DNA of 64,000 nucleotides from Candidatus Sericytochromatia bacterium (GCA_036676985.1 JAKFBU010000073.1:118521-182520), one strand, 5' to 3'; shown: positions 1-8,356, counted from the stretch's first letter. The notes: generated from the sequence alone by a model not told the origin. A program made the numbers and translations.

Positions 1-2
1 CG

Positions 3-224
3 CGGCTGGCCTCCGCTCAGGCGGGCCAGACGGCGGCCGAGGAGGCCTATCGGATTGCGGTCAAGCGCTACGAGCTGGGTCTGGCCACCCAGTACGAGCT
101 GACGGACGTGCAGAACACGCGCATCCAGGCGCAGACCAACGCCGTGCAGGCCAACTACGACCTGGCGATCGCCGAGATCCGGCTCACCCGGGCCTTGCAC
201 CACGACCTGTCGACCTTGCCCTGA
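3..224 (+). CDS. TolC family outer membrane efflux protein, C-terminal fragment (5' end outside window)
   Basis: Frame 3 reads RLASAQAGQTAAEEAYRIAVKRYELGLATQYELTDVQ...NYDLAIAEIRL, the typical OEP/TolC C-terminal repeat (A.E.Y...RYE.G....EL.D); stop TGA at 222-224. Confidence 0.8.
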   Translation, partial: RLASAQAGQTAAEEAYRIAVKRYELGLATQYELTDVQNTRIQAQTNAVQANYDLAIAEIRLTRALHHDLSTLP

Positions 225-306
225 TCTTGCAGTCGAGCTAGGATTCGCTAGAATAGGACCCGGTGCCGCTTTGGCGCCGGGTTTCCGACTTTCGAGAGGG
301 CAAACG

Positions 307-1071
307 ATGAGACCGCTACGTCGCTTCCTGGTGGCTTCGGTTCTGGCCATGACGCTCCTGCCCATGACGGGCTGCGCGCGCCTCTACAAGCTCTCCCCCG
401 AGCGGGACGCCAACACGGACCGCATCTTCATCGCCGGCGACGAGTGGGCGGTGGTGGAGGATGCCGACGCGCGGGTGGCGATCAGCGGTGAGAAGGTGAC
501 GGGCAGCGAGATCTACCTCAAGCTGTCGGTGACCAACAAGGGCGAGCAGCGGGTCGACATGCTGCCCGAGGAGATCCGGGTCTGGGCCCACGAGGACTCG
601 GGCAAGCGTCCCCTGAAGGTATGGTCGCCGGATCGCTACATGTCCGAGCTGCGGCACAACCAGGCCATGTCGATGTTCGTCTCGGCGTTCGCGAACGGCC
701 TGGCCTCGGCGGACGAGGGCCGCAAGACGGTGACCACCAAGACCAGCGGCAGCGCCCAGAGCGTGACCTACGGCAGCGACACCAAGTACTCGCGCGAGCG
801 TTACGCCGAGAAGTCGGTGACGGTCATCGACGATCCGGCCGCCCGCGCGGCCGCCCAGGAGCGCGATCGCAAGCGCCTCGAGGAGCAGAGCGACCGGAAC
901 GCGGAGCACAACGCGCGGCTGGACGCGTCGCTCCTGAAGGCGACGACGCTCTTCAAGGGCGACAAGATCGAGGGCATCGCCATCGTGGACGCGGCGGACG
1001 CCAACCTATACACGGTGTCGGTGGTGCTGGGCGAGAAGGTGTACCGGGTGCGGTTTCGGCCGAAGGAGTAG
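307..1071 (+). CDS. Hypothetical lipoprotein
   Basis: ATG at 307; signal peptide ending in lipobox-like MTGC; coding-like codon usage; no recognised domain. Confidence 0.75.
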   Translation: MRPLRRFLVASVLAMTLLPMTGCARLYKLSPERDANTDRIFIAGDEWAVVEDADARVAISGEKVTGSEIYLKLSVTNKGEQRVDMLPEEIRVWAHEDSGKRPLKVWSPDRYMSELRHNQAMSMFVSAFANGLASADEGRKTVTTKTSGSAQSVTYGSDTKYSRERYAEKSVTVIDDPAARAAAQERDRKRLEEQSDRNAEHNARLDASLLKATTLFKGDKIEGIAIVDAADANLYTVSVVLGEKVYRVRFRPKE

Positions 1072-1084
1072 CCGACCAAGTACC

Positions 1085-1235
1085 ACCCCCCCTTCCCCCC
1101 TGCTTCGCAAGGGGGGCTTTTTTCTGAGGACGGCCCCCTGGCGGGGGCAGATTCCTCGTGAGCAACACACGCCGAAAATCCTGCGCAGCAGGACGCCCTA
1201 TGCCCCCCTTGCGAAGCAGGGGGGGAAGGGGGGGT
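1085..1235. repeat. REP-like inverted pair (C7-TT-C6-TGCTTCGCAA-G6 and its reverse complement)
   Basis: 1085-1117 is the near-exact reverse complement of 1202-1235; lies between convergent genes; same architecture as 46032-46177. Confidence 0.8.
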
Positions 1236-1259
1236 CAAAGGAATCGTTAAGTTGGGGGC

Positions 1260-2465
1260 TTACTTCACCCACACCGGGCTCGTCCACGCCCACGCCGTGC
1301 GATCGCCGTACACCGCCTTGGCGAAGTAGTAGGACTTCTTTCCATTCGACGGCAGCTTGAACGCCCACTTGGCACTCTTCTTGCCGACCGCCACCTTCGC
1401 GACCAGGGCCGCCGGGCGGCCGCCGACGCCGTCGGTGTCCCCGTACAGCTCCAGCCGCTGAATGGTCGTGTCGGGATCCGACACCGCCACCTCGACCGAC
1501 AGCTCCTTGCCGCCCGCGATCTCGCCGCCCATGGGCTCGCCGTTCAGGGTGAAGTACAGCTTGAGGTTGTGGTCGAAGGTCGCGAACGTCCGCCGGGCGC
1601 GGAAAGCTTCCACGATCCCCGCCTTGCTGAGCGACTTGGCCCACACGCCGGTGCGCGTCTCGGCCGCCGTCCCCCAGTTCTTCACGTGGTTGTCCTGGTC
1701 GCCGATGGCGCCCACGCGCCAGCCGCGGTTGAGGAAATCCTTGAACTCCTCTTCGTAGTTCAGGCCGTTGACGCCGCGATCCCACTCGTCGGGAACGCCC
1801 TTCATGTCCTCGCCCTCGTACTTGCCGGGACCATTGAGGAGCGCCATGCCCGCGACCTTGTCGAGGGCCACCTTGGAGGCGGGAATGGGAGCAACCGGCG
1901 AGAAGCCCGTCCCACCGAACTCGAGCACGTTGGACGGGTGCGGGTGGTTGAACTGCACCCACGCGATCTCCGGGTGGGAGGGCAGCCACTTTTGGTAGAA
2001 GCCGTTCCAGTCGCCATTGTCGACCGGGCAGCGCTCGTTGGCCTCGAAGATGTTGATGTGCCCACCCTTGGAGATGGAGCTCCACTCCTGAGCGACCAGC
2101 GCCACGAACTTGCCGTTCTGGGTGAACTGGGAAGAGGCGCGCTTGAGGCTCTCGTAGCCCTCGTCGGTGATCATGTGGGCATGCGAGGACACGCCCAGAA
2201 AGTCGAGGTTCGCCTTGTCGCGGGCGTAGGTGTAGGCCTCGGCGAGCGTGCCCTGGCCGTCGTCGCCGTTCTCGGCCACGTGGGTGTGCTGGATGCCATA
2301 GAACGCCTTGAAGCCGCTCTTGGCCCCGGCCTCATCGGCGTCGAGCGCCTGCAGGGCCTGCTCGGGGGGGACGACGCCCGTGGTGAACGAGGAGCTGCCG
2401 CAGCCGACCACCAGGATGGCCACGAGGGCGACGGTGTGTGCCTTGAGACGCGAACCCAACGTCAT
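1260..2465 (-). CDS. Lipoprotein, PHP-domain metallohydrolase (CehA/McbA-like) with C-terminal Ig-like domain
   Basis: Lipobox VVGC; PHP motifs QHTH, DFLGVSSH, QEW..GHINIF, FNHP, DQDNH. Confidence 0.75.
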   Translation of the reverse strand: MTLGSRLKAHTVALVAILVVGCGSSSFTTGVVPPEQALQALDADEAGAKSGFKAFYGIQHTHVAENGDDGQGTLAEAYTYARDKANLDFLGVSSHAHMITDEGYESLKRASSQFTQNGKFVALVAQEWSSISKGGHINIFEANERCPVDNGDWNGFYQKWLPSHPEIAWVQFNHPHPSNVLEFGGTGFSPVAPIPASKVALDKVAGMALLNGPGKYEGEDMKGVPDEWDRGVNGLNYEEEFKDFLNRGWRVGAIGDQDNHVKNWGTAAETRTGVWAKSLSKAGIVEAFRARRTFATFDHNLKLYFTLNGEPMGGEIAGGKELSVEVAVSDPDTTIQRLELYGDTDGVGGRPAALVAKVAVGKKSAKWAFKLPSNGKKSYYFAKAVYGDRTAWAWTSPVWVK

Positions 2466-2496
2466 GCCGTTCCTCCTCTCGATCCCCTACGAGGAG

Positions 2497-2540
2497 GTTA
2501 TCCGGCCGGTGAGGCAAAAATGACGTTAAGTCGGTGTTAA
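2497..2540 (-). promoter_or_regulatory. Shared upstream motif TTAAC-N6-TTAAC-N22-GATAAC (site A)
   Basis: Minus strand reads TTAAC accgac TTAAC gtca N18 GATAAC; near-identical layout at 4415-4458. Confidence 0.55.
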
Positions 2541-2556
2541 TTTATAGGGAAACGCC

Positions 2557-2754
2557 CTAGCGAATCCGCTTGCGGCCAGCCACCCAGAACGCCGTGGTGA
2601 AGACCGCGAGCTCGATGACGACCAGGGCGATCATGGTGCCCACGGGGTTGCCCCGGGTGACGTAGGGGGCCATGAGCCAGAACAGGAGCAGCGTCCCGCC
2701 GATGGACAGGGCGGCGATGGTCAGGACGGTTCGTTGTGCGCGCTTGATGGCCAT
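2557..2754 (-). CDS. Small two-helix membrane protein (65 aa)
   Basis: MAIKRAQRTVLTIAALSIGGTLLLFWLM...; two hydrophobic segments; starts 4 nt after the upstream gene stop. Confidence 0.65.
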   Translation of the reverse strand: MAIKRAQRTVLTIAALSIGGTLLLFWLMAPYVTRGNPVGTMIALVVIELAVFTTAFWVAGRKRIR

Positions 2755-2758
2755 GCGT

Positions 2759-3346
2759 TTACTTCGCGTCCAGCTCGTAGGCGGCCTTGAGCCAGCGCTC
2801 GACCTCGGCATCCACGTCGGCCAGGGATTCGAGCCCGATGCGGTGGGTGATCTTGTCCGAGCCGAGCCCCTTGGCCGCGACGAGCCTTCCCCCGGGTTCC
2901 AGACCGGGAAGGGCGAACCCCACGTCGATCCGGGTACGGGTCGTGGGCTTGATGACCACGAACTGGCGCTTGCGCATGAGGGGCACGTAGGTCGAGCAAG
3001 GAGCGGCGACGACGTCCTTTGCGACGGCGAGGCCCATCTCGAGCACGCGTTCGTAGATCGGCAGGAGGTCACGCTTGGGGCCCGCGTACATGGCGGCGAC
3101 CAGGGCCTCGGCGTCGTACGGCTCCCGGCCGTCCACGTGCAGGGCGATGACCATGGCCGTGTCCCGCCCGAGCCCGTGCTCGCTCTTGAGCCACGCCATC
3201 CGATCCTTCTCGGTCCCGAGGCCGGTAGCCTTCACCAGCTCGATCCAGGCCTCGAGGGACCGGCCCGTCTTCTTCTCCAAGTTGGAGGCGATCGCCTGGA
3301 TGTGGCTCTCGGAGGGATGGACACCGTACTTGGACTGGGTCGTCAT
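2759..3346 (-). CDS. DUF4287/DUF5655 domain protein
   Basis: N-terminal NLEKKTGRSLEAW...WLKSEHGLG (DUF4287) and C-terminal THRI.L....DVDAEVERWLKAAY (DUF5655). Confidence 0.8.
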   Translation of the reverse strand: MTTQSKYGVHPSESHIQAIASNLEKKTGRSLEAWIELVKATGLGTEKDRMAWLKSEHGLGRDTAMVIALHVDGREPYDAEALVAAMYAGPKRDLLPIYERVLEMGLAVAKDVVAAPCSTYVPLMRKRQFVVIKPTTRTRIDVGFALPGLEPGGRLVAAKGLGSDKITHRIGLESLADVDAEVERWLKAAYELDAK

Positions 3347-3421
3347 GAACTCGGAACTCCTCGCAAGGGGTGGGCAGGGCTTCTATACCACGATCGCCAC
3401 AACCCTCACCTGCTCGGATGA

Positions 3422-4318
3422 TTACGAGAAGACGATCGTGTCCTCCTCGGCGTAGTGATCCGACACGGTCTGGGCGTTGGGCGAGCCCGGAAGCGACAGG
3501 CTGTCGCCCGTGTACCACTTCGAGTCGAGGCCCTGGAAGCCCTTGACGAGCACGTAGTCGATGTTGGTCTTGCCGGGCGGCTTGCCCTTGGGGCCCACGT
3601 CCAGGTAGTCCCGGTACAGGGCGCGCACGGCGTCGAAGCGGGGATCCGAGTTGGTGTCCGCCGTCGGGACGTTGAGGTCGCCCGCCACGATGACCCCGCC
3701 CTGCTTGGCGGCCTCGTTCGCAGCCGCGAAGACCCGCCGGGCCTGCGGCTCCTGCATGCCCTGCTGGTAGCTGACGTGCGTGTTGATGACCGTGAAGGAC
3801 TTGCCCGTGAGCGTGTCCTTGAGACGCAGCTCCTGGAAGCCGCGCGGCTCGACGAGCTGGCCGACGTTCGGCTTCACGCCGCCCTTGAACCAGTCCCACA
3901 CGCTCTTCACGGCCGCCGTGACCTGCGCCATGCCGAAGCGATCGGCATCGTAGTCCAGGACCTCGAAGCGCTTGGGTACGAGCACCATGTTCCCCTGGTC
4001 CACCCCGGTGCGCATGTAGACGGCGCGGAACTGACCGTTTCCGGCGAGCTTCTCGACGGCGTCCTTCTGCGCGTTGCCGACCTCCTGCAGGCAGAGGATG
4101 GGAGCGTCGGGCGCCCCCTGGAGGACCTTCTGGTAGAAGGGCAGCTTCGGAAAGTCGGCCTGATCGGTGGTGATCTTGGAGTTGCCGCAGGCCGTGTTGA
4201 AGGTGATGACCCTGAAGGCCTCGGCCGCAGCGGAGCTCGTCGGGCGCGGAGCGACGCCCGTGCCGGCCGGACGCACCGGACGCTGGAGCGATGGGCGGGA
4301 CGAAACGCCGTCGAGCAT
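3422..4318 (-). CDS. Endonuclease/exonuclease/phosphatase (EEP) family protein with disordered N-terminal extension
   Basis: Motifs TFN, LQEV, NTH, GDLN, IDY, SDH; ATG at 4318 preceded by AGGAGG. Confidence 0.85.
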   Translation of the reverse strand: MLDGVSSRPSLQRPVRPAGTGVAPRPTSSAAAEAFRVITFNTACGNSKITTDQADFPKLPFYQKVLQGAPDAPILCLQEVGNAQKDAVEKLAGNGQFRAVYMRTGVDQGNMVLVPKRFEVLDYDADRFGMAQVTAAVKSVWDWFKGGVKPNVGQLVEPRGFQELRLKDTLTGKSFTVINTHVSYQQGMQEPQARRVFAAANEAAKQGGVIVAGDLNVPTADTNSDPRFDAVRALYRDYLDVGPKGKPPGKTNIDYVLVKGFQGLDSKWYTGDSLSLPGSPNAQTVSDHYAEEDTIVFS

Positions 4319-4339
4319 GGGACACCTCCTCTTGGGGTC

Positions 4340-4382
4340 CTTATCGGACGCTCCACCGAAATCCCGTTTAACCCGGCGTAAA
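4340..4382 (-). promoter_or_regulatory. Shared upstream motif TTTAC-N6-TTAAA-N21-GATAAG (site B)
   Basis: Minus strand; same spacing as sites A, C and D. Confidence 0.45.
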
Positions 4383-4414
4383 CCTTGGATGAAAAAGCGA
4401 CGAACCAACCATGA

Positions 4415-4458
4415 TTAACGCAAATTTAACGTCAAGCCGGGCGGCGGGGCGCGATAAC
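4415..4458 (+). promoter_or_regulatory. Shared upstream motif TTAAC-N6-TTAAC-N22-GATAAC (site C)
   Basis: TTAAC gcaaat TTAAC gtca N18 GATAAC, upstream of the CDS at 4500. Confidence 0.55.
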
Positions 4459-4499
4459 TCCCGAAGCAATGGCGTGCGGGCACGCGCGAGGAGGGATTC

Positions 4500-6053
4500 A
4501 TGGGGATGGGACAACCGATCCAGGGGTACCCCTACGTTCCGGCGGTCCCCTACATGCCACCCGTGGGCATGCCGCCCGTCATACCGTACATGCCGCCGGT
4601 TCCGGTGGCCCAGCCGGTCCCCATGATGCCGACCGTGCCAATGGCGCCCCCGGCCCCGCCCATCACGGTCGTGCCCATCGGCCAGATTCCGCCAGCCGTT
4701 CCAGGCGATCAGTGGGTCCCCAGCCAGCCCACCGCCGGCCCCACCGTGCCGCCGGCCCCCCCGGCTCCCCCGATGACCCCGGCACCGCTCAATCCGCCGG
4801 CCGACCACTATGTTCCCAGTCAGCCGACCCCGGGCCCCAAGGCGCCTCCCGCGCCCCCTGCGCCTCCGGTCCACGAGCCGAAGAAGGTGAAGCCCACGAG
4901 CGACCGGGCAGAGTTCAATCGCATGGACTCCAACCATTCCGGCAAGGTCTCGGCCAAGGAGTTCAAGGCCCGCGGTGGCGACAACTTCAAGCAGGCCGAC
5001 CGCAACCGCGATCGCCACGTGACCTGGCGCGAGTACCGTGCCACCGAACTCACGCGCCAGTCCTTCCAGCACCTGGACCGCAACCATGACGGCATGCTCA
5101 AGGCCGGCGAGATCTCCCGGATCGAGACCCCTTCGGGCGCGACCTTCGACGCCAACCATGACGGCAAGGTGACCAAGAAGGAGTTCCTGGCGGCGCGCAC
5201 CAAGGATGCCAAGGCCGTCGGGCGCCCCGATGCCAAGGACGTGCGGGCCCGGGCGGACAAGGTCTTCAAGCAGGCCGACCTGGACCGCAACGGGCGCCTC
5301 ACGGGCGACGAGCGGAGCCGCCACCGCGCCTACGATCGCAACAAGAACGGCATGATCTCGCGCTCCGAGTTCATGGCGGGCCAGGCCGACGACCGCCAGG
5401 CGGCCGACCAGCAGCTGCAGCTCAAGGGGCGCTTGCCCGATGCCCTGGCGCGCCGGCTCTGGAAGGACGCCCTGGGCGAGTCCCGGAAGGTGCCCAAGCC
5501 CGGCATGTGGCTCGACGCGACCAAGATCGCCGCCCTGCTCGGCTCGCCCGTCGCGAACGTCCGCAAGAGCCTGCCCGGCATCCTCAAGGCCCTCAACGAG
5601 GCCGGCCTCAAGGACCGCAACTCCGTCATCGCCGTGCTCGCGACCATCCGCACCGAGGTGGGCAGCTTCATGCCCATCCACGAGTACGGGGGCCCGTCAT
5701 ACTGGGCCCGGTACAACGGTCGCTCGGATCTCGGCAACGTGCGGCCCGGCGACGGCGTGCGCTACCACGGCCGCGGTTTCATCCAGCTGACGGGGCGTCA
5801 CAACTACCGTACCTATGGCCAGGCCGTGGGCGTGGACCTCGAGAAGCACCCGGACAAGGCCCTCAACCCCAAGGTGGCGGCCGAGGTGCTCATCGCCTAC
5901 TTCAAGTCCCACGGCATCCCGGACAAGGCGCGCCGGGGTGACTGGTACGGCGTGCGCACCGCCGTCAACGGCGGCGACAACGGCTGGGACACCTTCAGAT
6001 GGGCCGTCAGCAGGCTCCAGAGCTCCTCGAGCTGGCTCAAGCGAGACGGATGA
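4500..6053 (+). CDS. Pro-rich region + six EF-hand motifs + glycoside hydrolase family 19 (chitinase/lysozyme-like) domain
   Basis: EF loops DSNHSGKVSAKE, DRNRDRHVTWRE, DRNHDGMLKAGE, DANHDGKVTKKE, DLDRNGRLTGDE, DRNKNGMISRSE; GH19 signature LATIRTE...E...YHGRGFIQLTGRHNY...VNGG. Confidence 0.85.
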   Translation: MGMGQPIQGYPYVPAVPYMPPVGMPPVIPYMPPVPVAQPVPMMPTVPMAPPAPPITVVPIGQIPPAVPGDQWVPSQPTAGPTVPPAPPAPPMTPAPLNPPADHYVPSQPTPGPKAPPAPPAPPVHEPKKVKPTSDRAEFNRMDSNHSGKVSAKEFKARGGDNFKQADRNRDRHVTWREYRATELTRQSFQHLDRNHDGMLKAGEISRIETPSGATFDANHDGKVTKKEFLAARTKDAKAVGRPDAKDVRARADKVFKQADLDRNGRLTGDERSRHRAYDRNKNGMISRSEFMAGQADDRQAADQQLQLKGRLPDALARRLWKDALGESRKVPKPGMWLDATKIAALLGSPVANVRKSLPGILKALNEAGLKDRNSVIAVLATIRTEVGSFMPIHEYGGPSYWARYNGRSDLGNVRPGDGVRYHGRGFIQLTGRHNYRTYGQAVGVDLEKHPDKALNPKVAAEVLIAYFKSHGIPDKARRGDWYGVRTAVNGGDNGWDTFRWAVSRLQSSSSWLKRDG

Positions 6054-6064
6054 GCTCGAACGCA

Positions 6065-6099
6065 AACGACCCGGGAAGCCGTCGGCCTCCCGGGTCGTT
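6065..6099. terminator. Hairpin between convergent genes (probable bidirectional terminator)
   Basis: AACGACCCGGGA ... TCCCGGGTCGTT inverted repeat. Confidence 0.6.
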
Positions 6100-6110
6100 C
6101 GCGTCGTGAG

Positions 6111-7106
6111 CTAGACCCAGCGCTTGTGGCGGAAGGCCGCGAGCATGCCCATGGCCACGCCGACCATCAGGCAGAGGATGCCGATGAAGGCGAAGGCCGA
6201 GCGCTCGAAGGGAAGCGGGACGTTCATGCCGTAGATGCCCGAAACGAGGGTCAGGGGCAGCATCACGACCGACATGACCGTGAGCGCGCGGATGACCTCG
6301 TTGGTCCGGTGGGTGGTCAGGGAGTTGTAGGTGTCGTTGAGGGCCTCGATGATGCCCTTCTGGTCCTCGAGCGTGTCCCAGATCCGGGCGAGGGCGTCGC
6401 CGATGTCCGAGAAGTAGACCTCGAGCTCCTCGCCGGTGAGACGGCTCTTCAGGTACTCGAGCCGGGAGATGACGGGGATCATGGGCTTGATGATCCGGCG
6501 GCAGGCGATGATGTCCCGGCGCAACAGCGAGATCTCCTGGACCGTCTCGCGGCCCGCCCCGTTGAAGATCTGGTCCTCGACCTCCTGCACGTTTCGCTCG
6601 ATCTTGTAGGCGAGCGGCATGCAATTGTCCACGAGCTTGTCGATGATGCGGTAGAGGAGGTAGCCCGTCCCCTGGGACATGGTCTCGGTCTTCAGCTTCT
6701 CGGAGCCCTCGCAGGCCTCGAAAAAGCGCTCGATGGGCCACACCTTGCCCTTGCAGATGGTGATGAGGAAGTCCCGGCCGACAAAAAGGTTGACCTCGTT
6801 CGGCTGCGTGACCCGCAGACGCTTATCGAAGACCGGGAAGTGCAGCACCATGAAGAGGTAATCGTCGTACTCGTCGAGCTTGGGGCGCTGGACCTTGGAC
6901 AGGAGGTCCTCGAAATCCAGCGGGTGGAACTCGAAGTGGTCCTGGAGGTACTCCAGATCGTCGCGGGTCGGCTGGGAGACGTTGATCCAGCTGAGGCCCC
7001 CGTACTCGACGCTGCGCAGGCCGGGCGCGAACAGCCTGGCCTCGGCGAGGTCAGCCGTGGAGAGCGGGGCCGGGCCCGGGCCCAGCGGGTTGAGGGAGCG
7101 TAGCAT
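6111..7106 (-). CDS. corA: Magnesium transporter CorA family
   Basis: HPLDFED..QRPKLDEY, GIYGMN signature, two C-terminal TM helices; AAGGAGG before ATG 7106. Confidence 0.95.
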   Translation of the reverse strand: MLRSLNPLGPGPAPLSTADLAEARLFAPGLRSVEYGGLSWINVSQPTRDDLEYLQDHFEFHPLDFEDLLSKVQRPKLDEYDDYLFMVLHFPVFDKRLRVTQPNEVNLFVGRDFLITICKGKVWPIERFFEACEGSEKLKTETMSQGTGYLLYRIIDKLVDNCMPLAYKIERNVQEVEDQIFNGAGRETVQEISLLRRDIIACRRIIKPMIPVISRLEYLKSRLTGEELEVYFSDIGDALARIWDTLEDQKGIIEALNDTYNSLTTHRTNEVIRALTVMSVVMLPLTLVSGIYGMNVPLPFERSAFAFIGILCLMVGVAMGMLAAFRHKRWV

Positions 7107-7189
7107 GGTCACCTCCTTGCCGGATCATGAATGAGGGTCTCGACGGGCACCAACTGCCAGGGTCCATGCGTGCTCACCTCCTTTCCGCC

Positions 7190-7223
7190 AACAAAAAGCC
7201 CCCCGCCCGAGGGCATGGGGGAC
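7190..7223 (-). terminator. Intrinsic terminator of the M-box expression platform
   Basis: Minus strand GTCCCCCATGCCCTCGGGCGGGGGGC followed by TTTTTGTT. Confidence 0.7.
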
Positions 7224-7261
7224 AAGCCGGCACGACGCCGGAAGGACCCGAGGTCCGCTCA

Positions 7262-7422
7262 TCCCCATTCGTCGGAGCTTCGGCACTGGAGATCGTAGAG
7301 GCTCGCCCTCAGCCACCTTAGGTAACGCCTTAATTCGGCGGAACCTGGTCTACCCATTGGGGTCTTTGGACCTTTCCGGGCAGTGGCCTGTGTCTCTCCA
7401 GACGCCTCGCCTAACGAGGACT
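7262..7422 (-). ncRNA. M-box (ykoK) Mg2+ riboswitch
   Basis: Minus strand CCTCGTTAGGCGAGGC...CTGCCCGGAAAGGTCCAAAGACCCCAATGGGT...TAAGG...CAGTGCCGAAGCTCCGACGA matches the M-box conserved blocks; upstream of corA. Confidence 0.92.
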
Positions 7423-7450
7423 TTCTTCGTCGCGACGCGACGCTAACCCT

Positions 7451-7479
7451 ACGTTAAAGAGCCGCCCGGGCCGTGTCAA
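7451..7479 (-). promoter_or_regulatory. Sigma70-type promoter for M-box/corA
   Basis: TTGACA-17 nt-TAACGT on the minus strand, just upstream of the riboswitch. Confidence 0.7.
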
Positions 7480-7561
7480 CGGCCCGGGCATTAAGTTTCG
7501 TTTCCCCGCCGAACCGCGCGCGGCGCGCAGGTTCTGCCCCTGTTCGCCCACCGGGGACCGG

Positions 7562-8356
7562 CTACTGCACCTGGGTGCCGACATGCTCCCGGAGGAGGGT
7601 GCGAGCGCGATCGAAGGGCTCCGGACCGAGGCCCGCTCGCCCCCACAGCGGATGATCGAGGGCGATGATCAGGAAGACCACCAGCCCGAGCATGCCGGCG
7701 AGACTCGTGATCATGGCGGCGTGGACGCGCCGGTTGTCGGTCCAGAAGCAGTAGGTGAACCCGACGGTCAGGGTCGCCCCCGCGAACAGCACAAACCACA
7801 GCTCTCCCGGCAGTCCCGCGGTGCCGGCGAGGATCCGCTGGCGACGGTAGCCGATCAGGTCGTCGAGGTTGCGGAGGGCTTCGGCGTGCATGAGGCCCTG
7901 CCCCGTGCCGACGGGCTCGAAGCGGGCCCACTCCCGCACCAGGCCCTCGATTGCCCGACCGCTCGCATGGGGCTCCTCCCGGCGCGCGAGGCGCGGCCAG
8001 TCGTCCGAGACCACGAGGCTCGCGTAGTCGACGAGCATGGCCTCGAGCCGCTGACGGACGGCCGGCGGGTAGGCCTCCAGGTCCAGGGCGAGCTCGGTGA
8101 GGGTCGCGGCCTCGTGGGCGATCGCCCGCTCGGCCGCCGTGTAATTCTCCCAGGCCCCCACGGCCACCAGCCCCAGCAGCACCGCGTAGATGACGGAGAT
8201 CCCCTCGAAGACGAAGCGCGCGAGCTCGTTGTGGGTGAGGCTGAAGCGCTGGATCCAAGGGTGCGCGAGGCGGAAGCCCAGGAGCGACAGCCCCACGAAG
8301 CCCCCGATCACCCCCACGGCCAGCAGCGAATTGGGGACCCACTCCCACCAGCGCAT
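7562..8356 (-). CDS. DUF4239 (bestrophin-like) membrane protein
   Basis: Four TM segments; YAVLLGLVAVGAWE...EA, YA..VV.D.WP, R.QR, LD.P..G family pattern. Confidence 0.8.
   Translation of the reverse strand: MRWWEWVPNSLLAVGVIGGFVGLSLLGFRLAHPWIQRFSLTHNELARFVFEGISVIYAVLLGLVAVGAWENYTAAERAIAHEAATLTELALDLEAYPPAVRQRLEAMLVDYASLVVSDDWPRLARREEPHASGRAIEGLVREWARFEPVGTGQGLMHAEALRNLDDLIGYRRQRILAGTAGLPGELWFVLFAGATLTVGFTYCFWTDNRRVHAAMITSLAGMLGLVVFLIIALDHPLWGRAGLGPEPFDRARTLLREHVGTQVQ

Noticed and set aside
4500-6053. Prophage endolysin marking a prophage
   Set aside because: No holin, structural, integrase or replication genes nearby.
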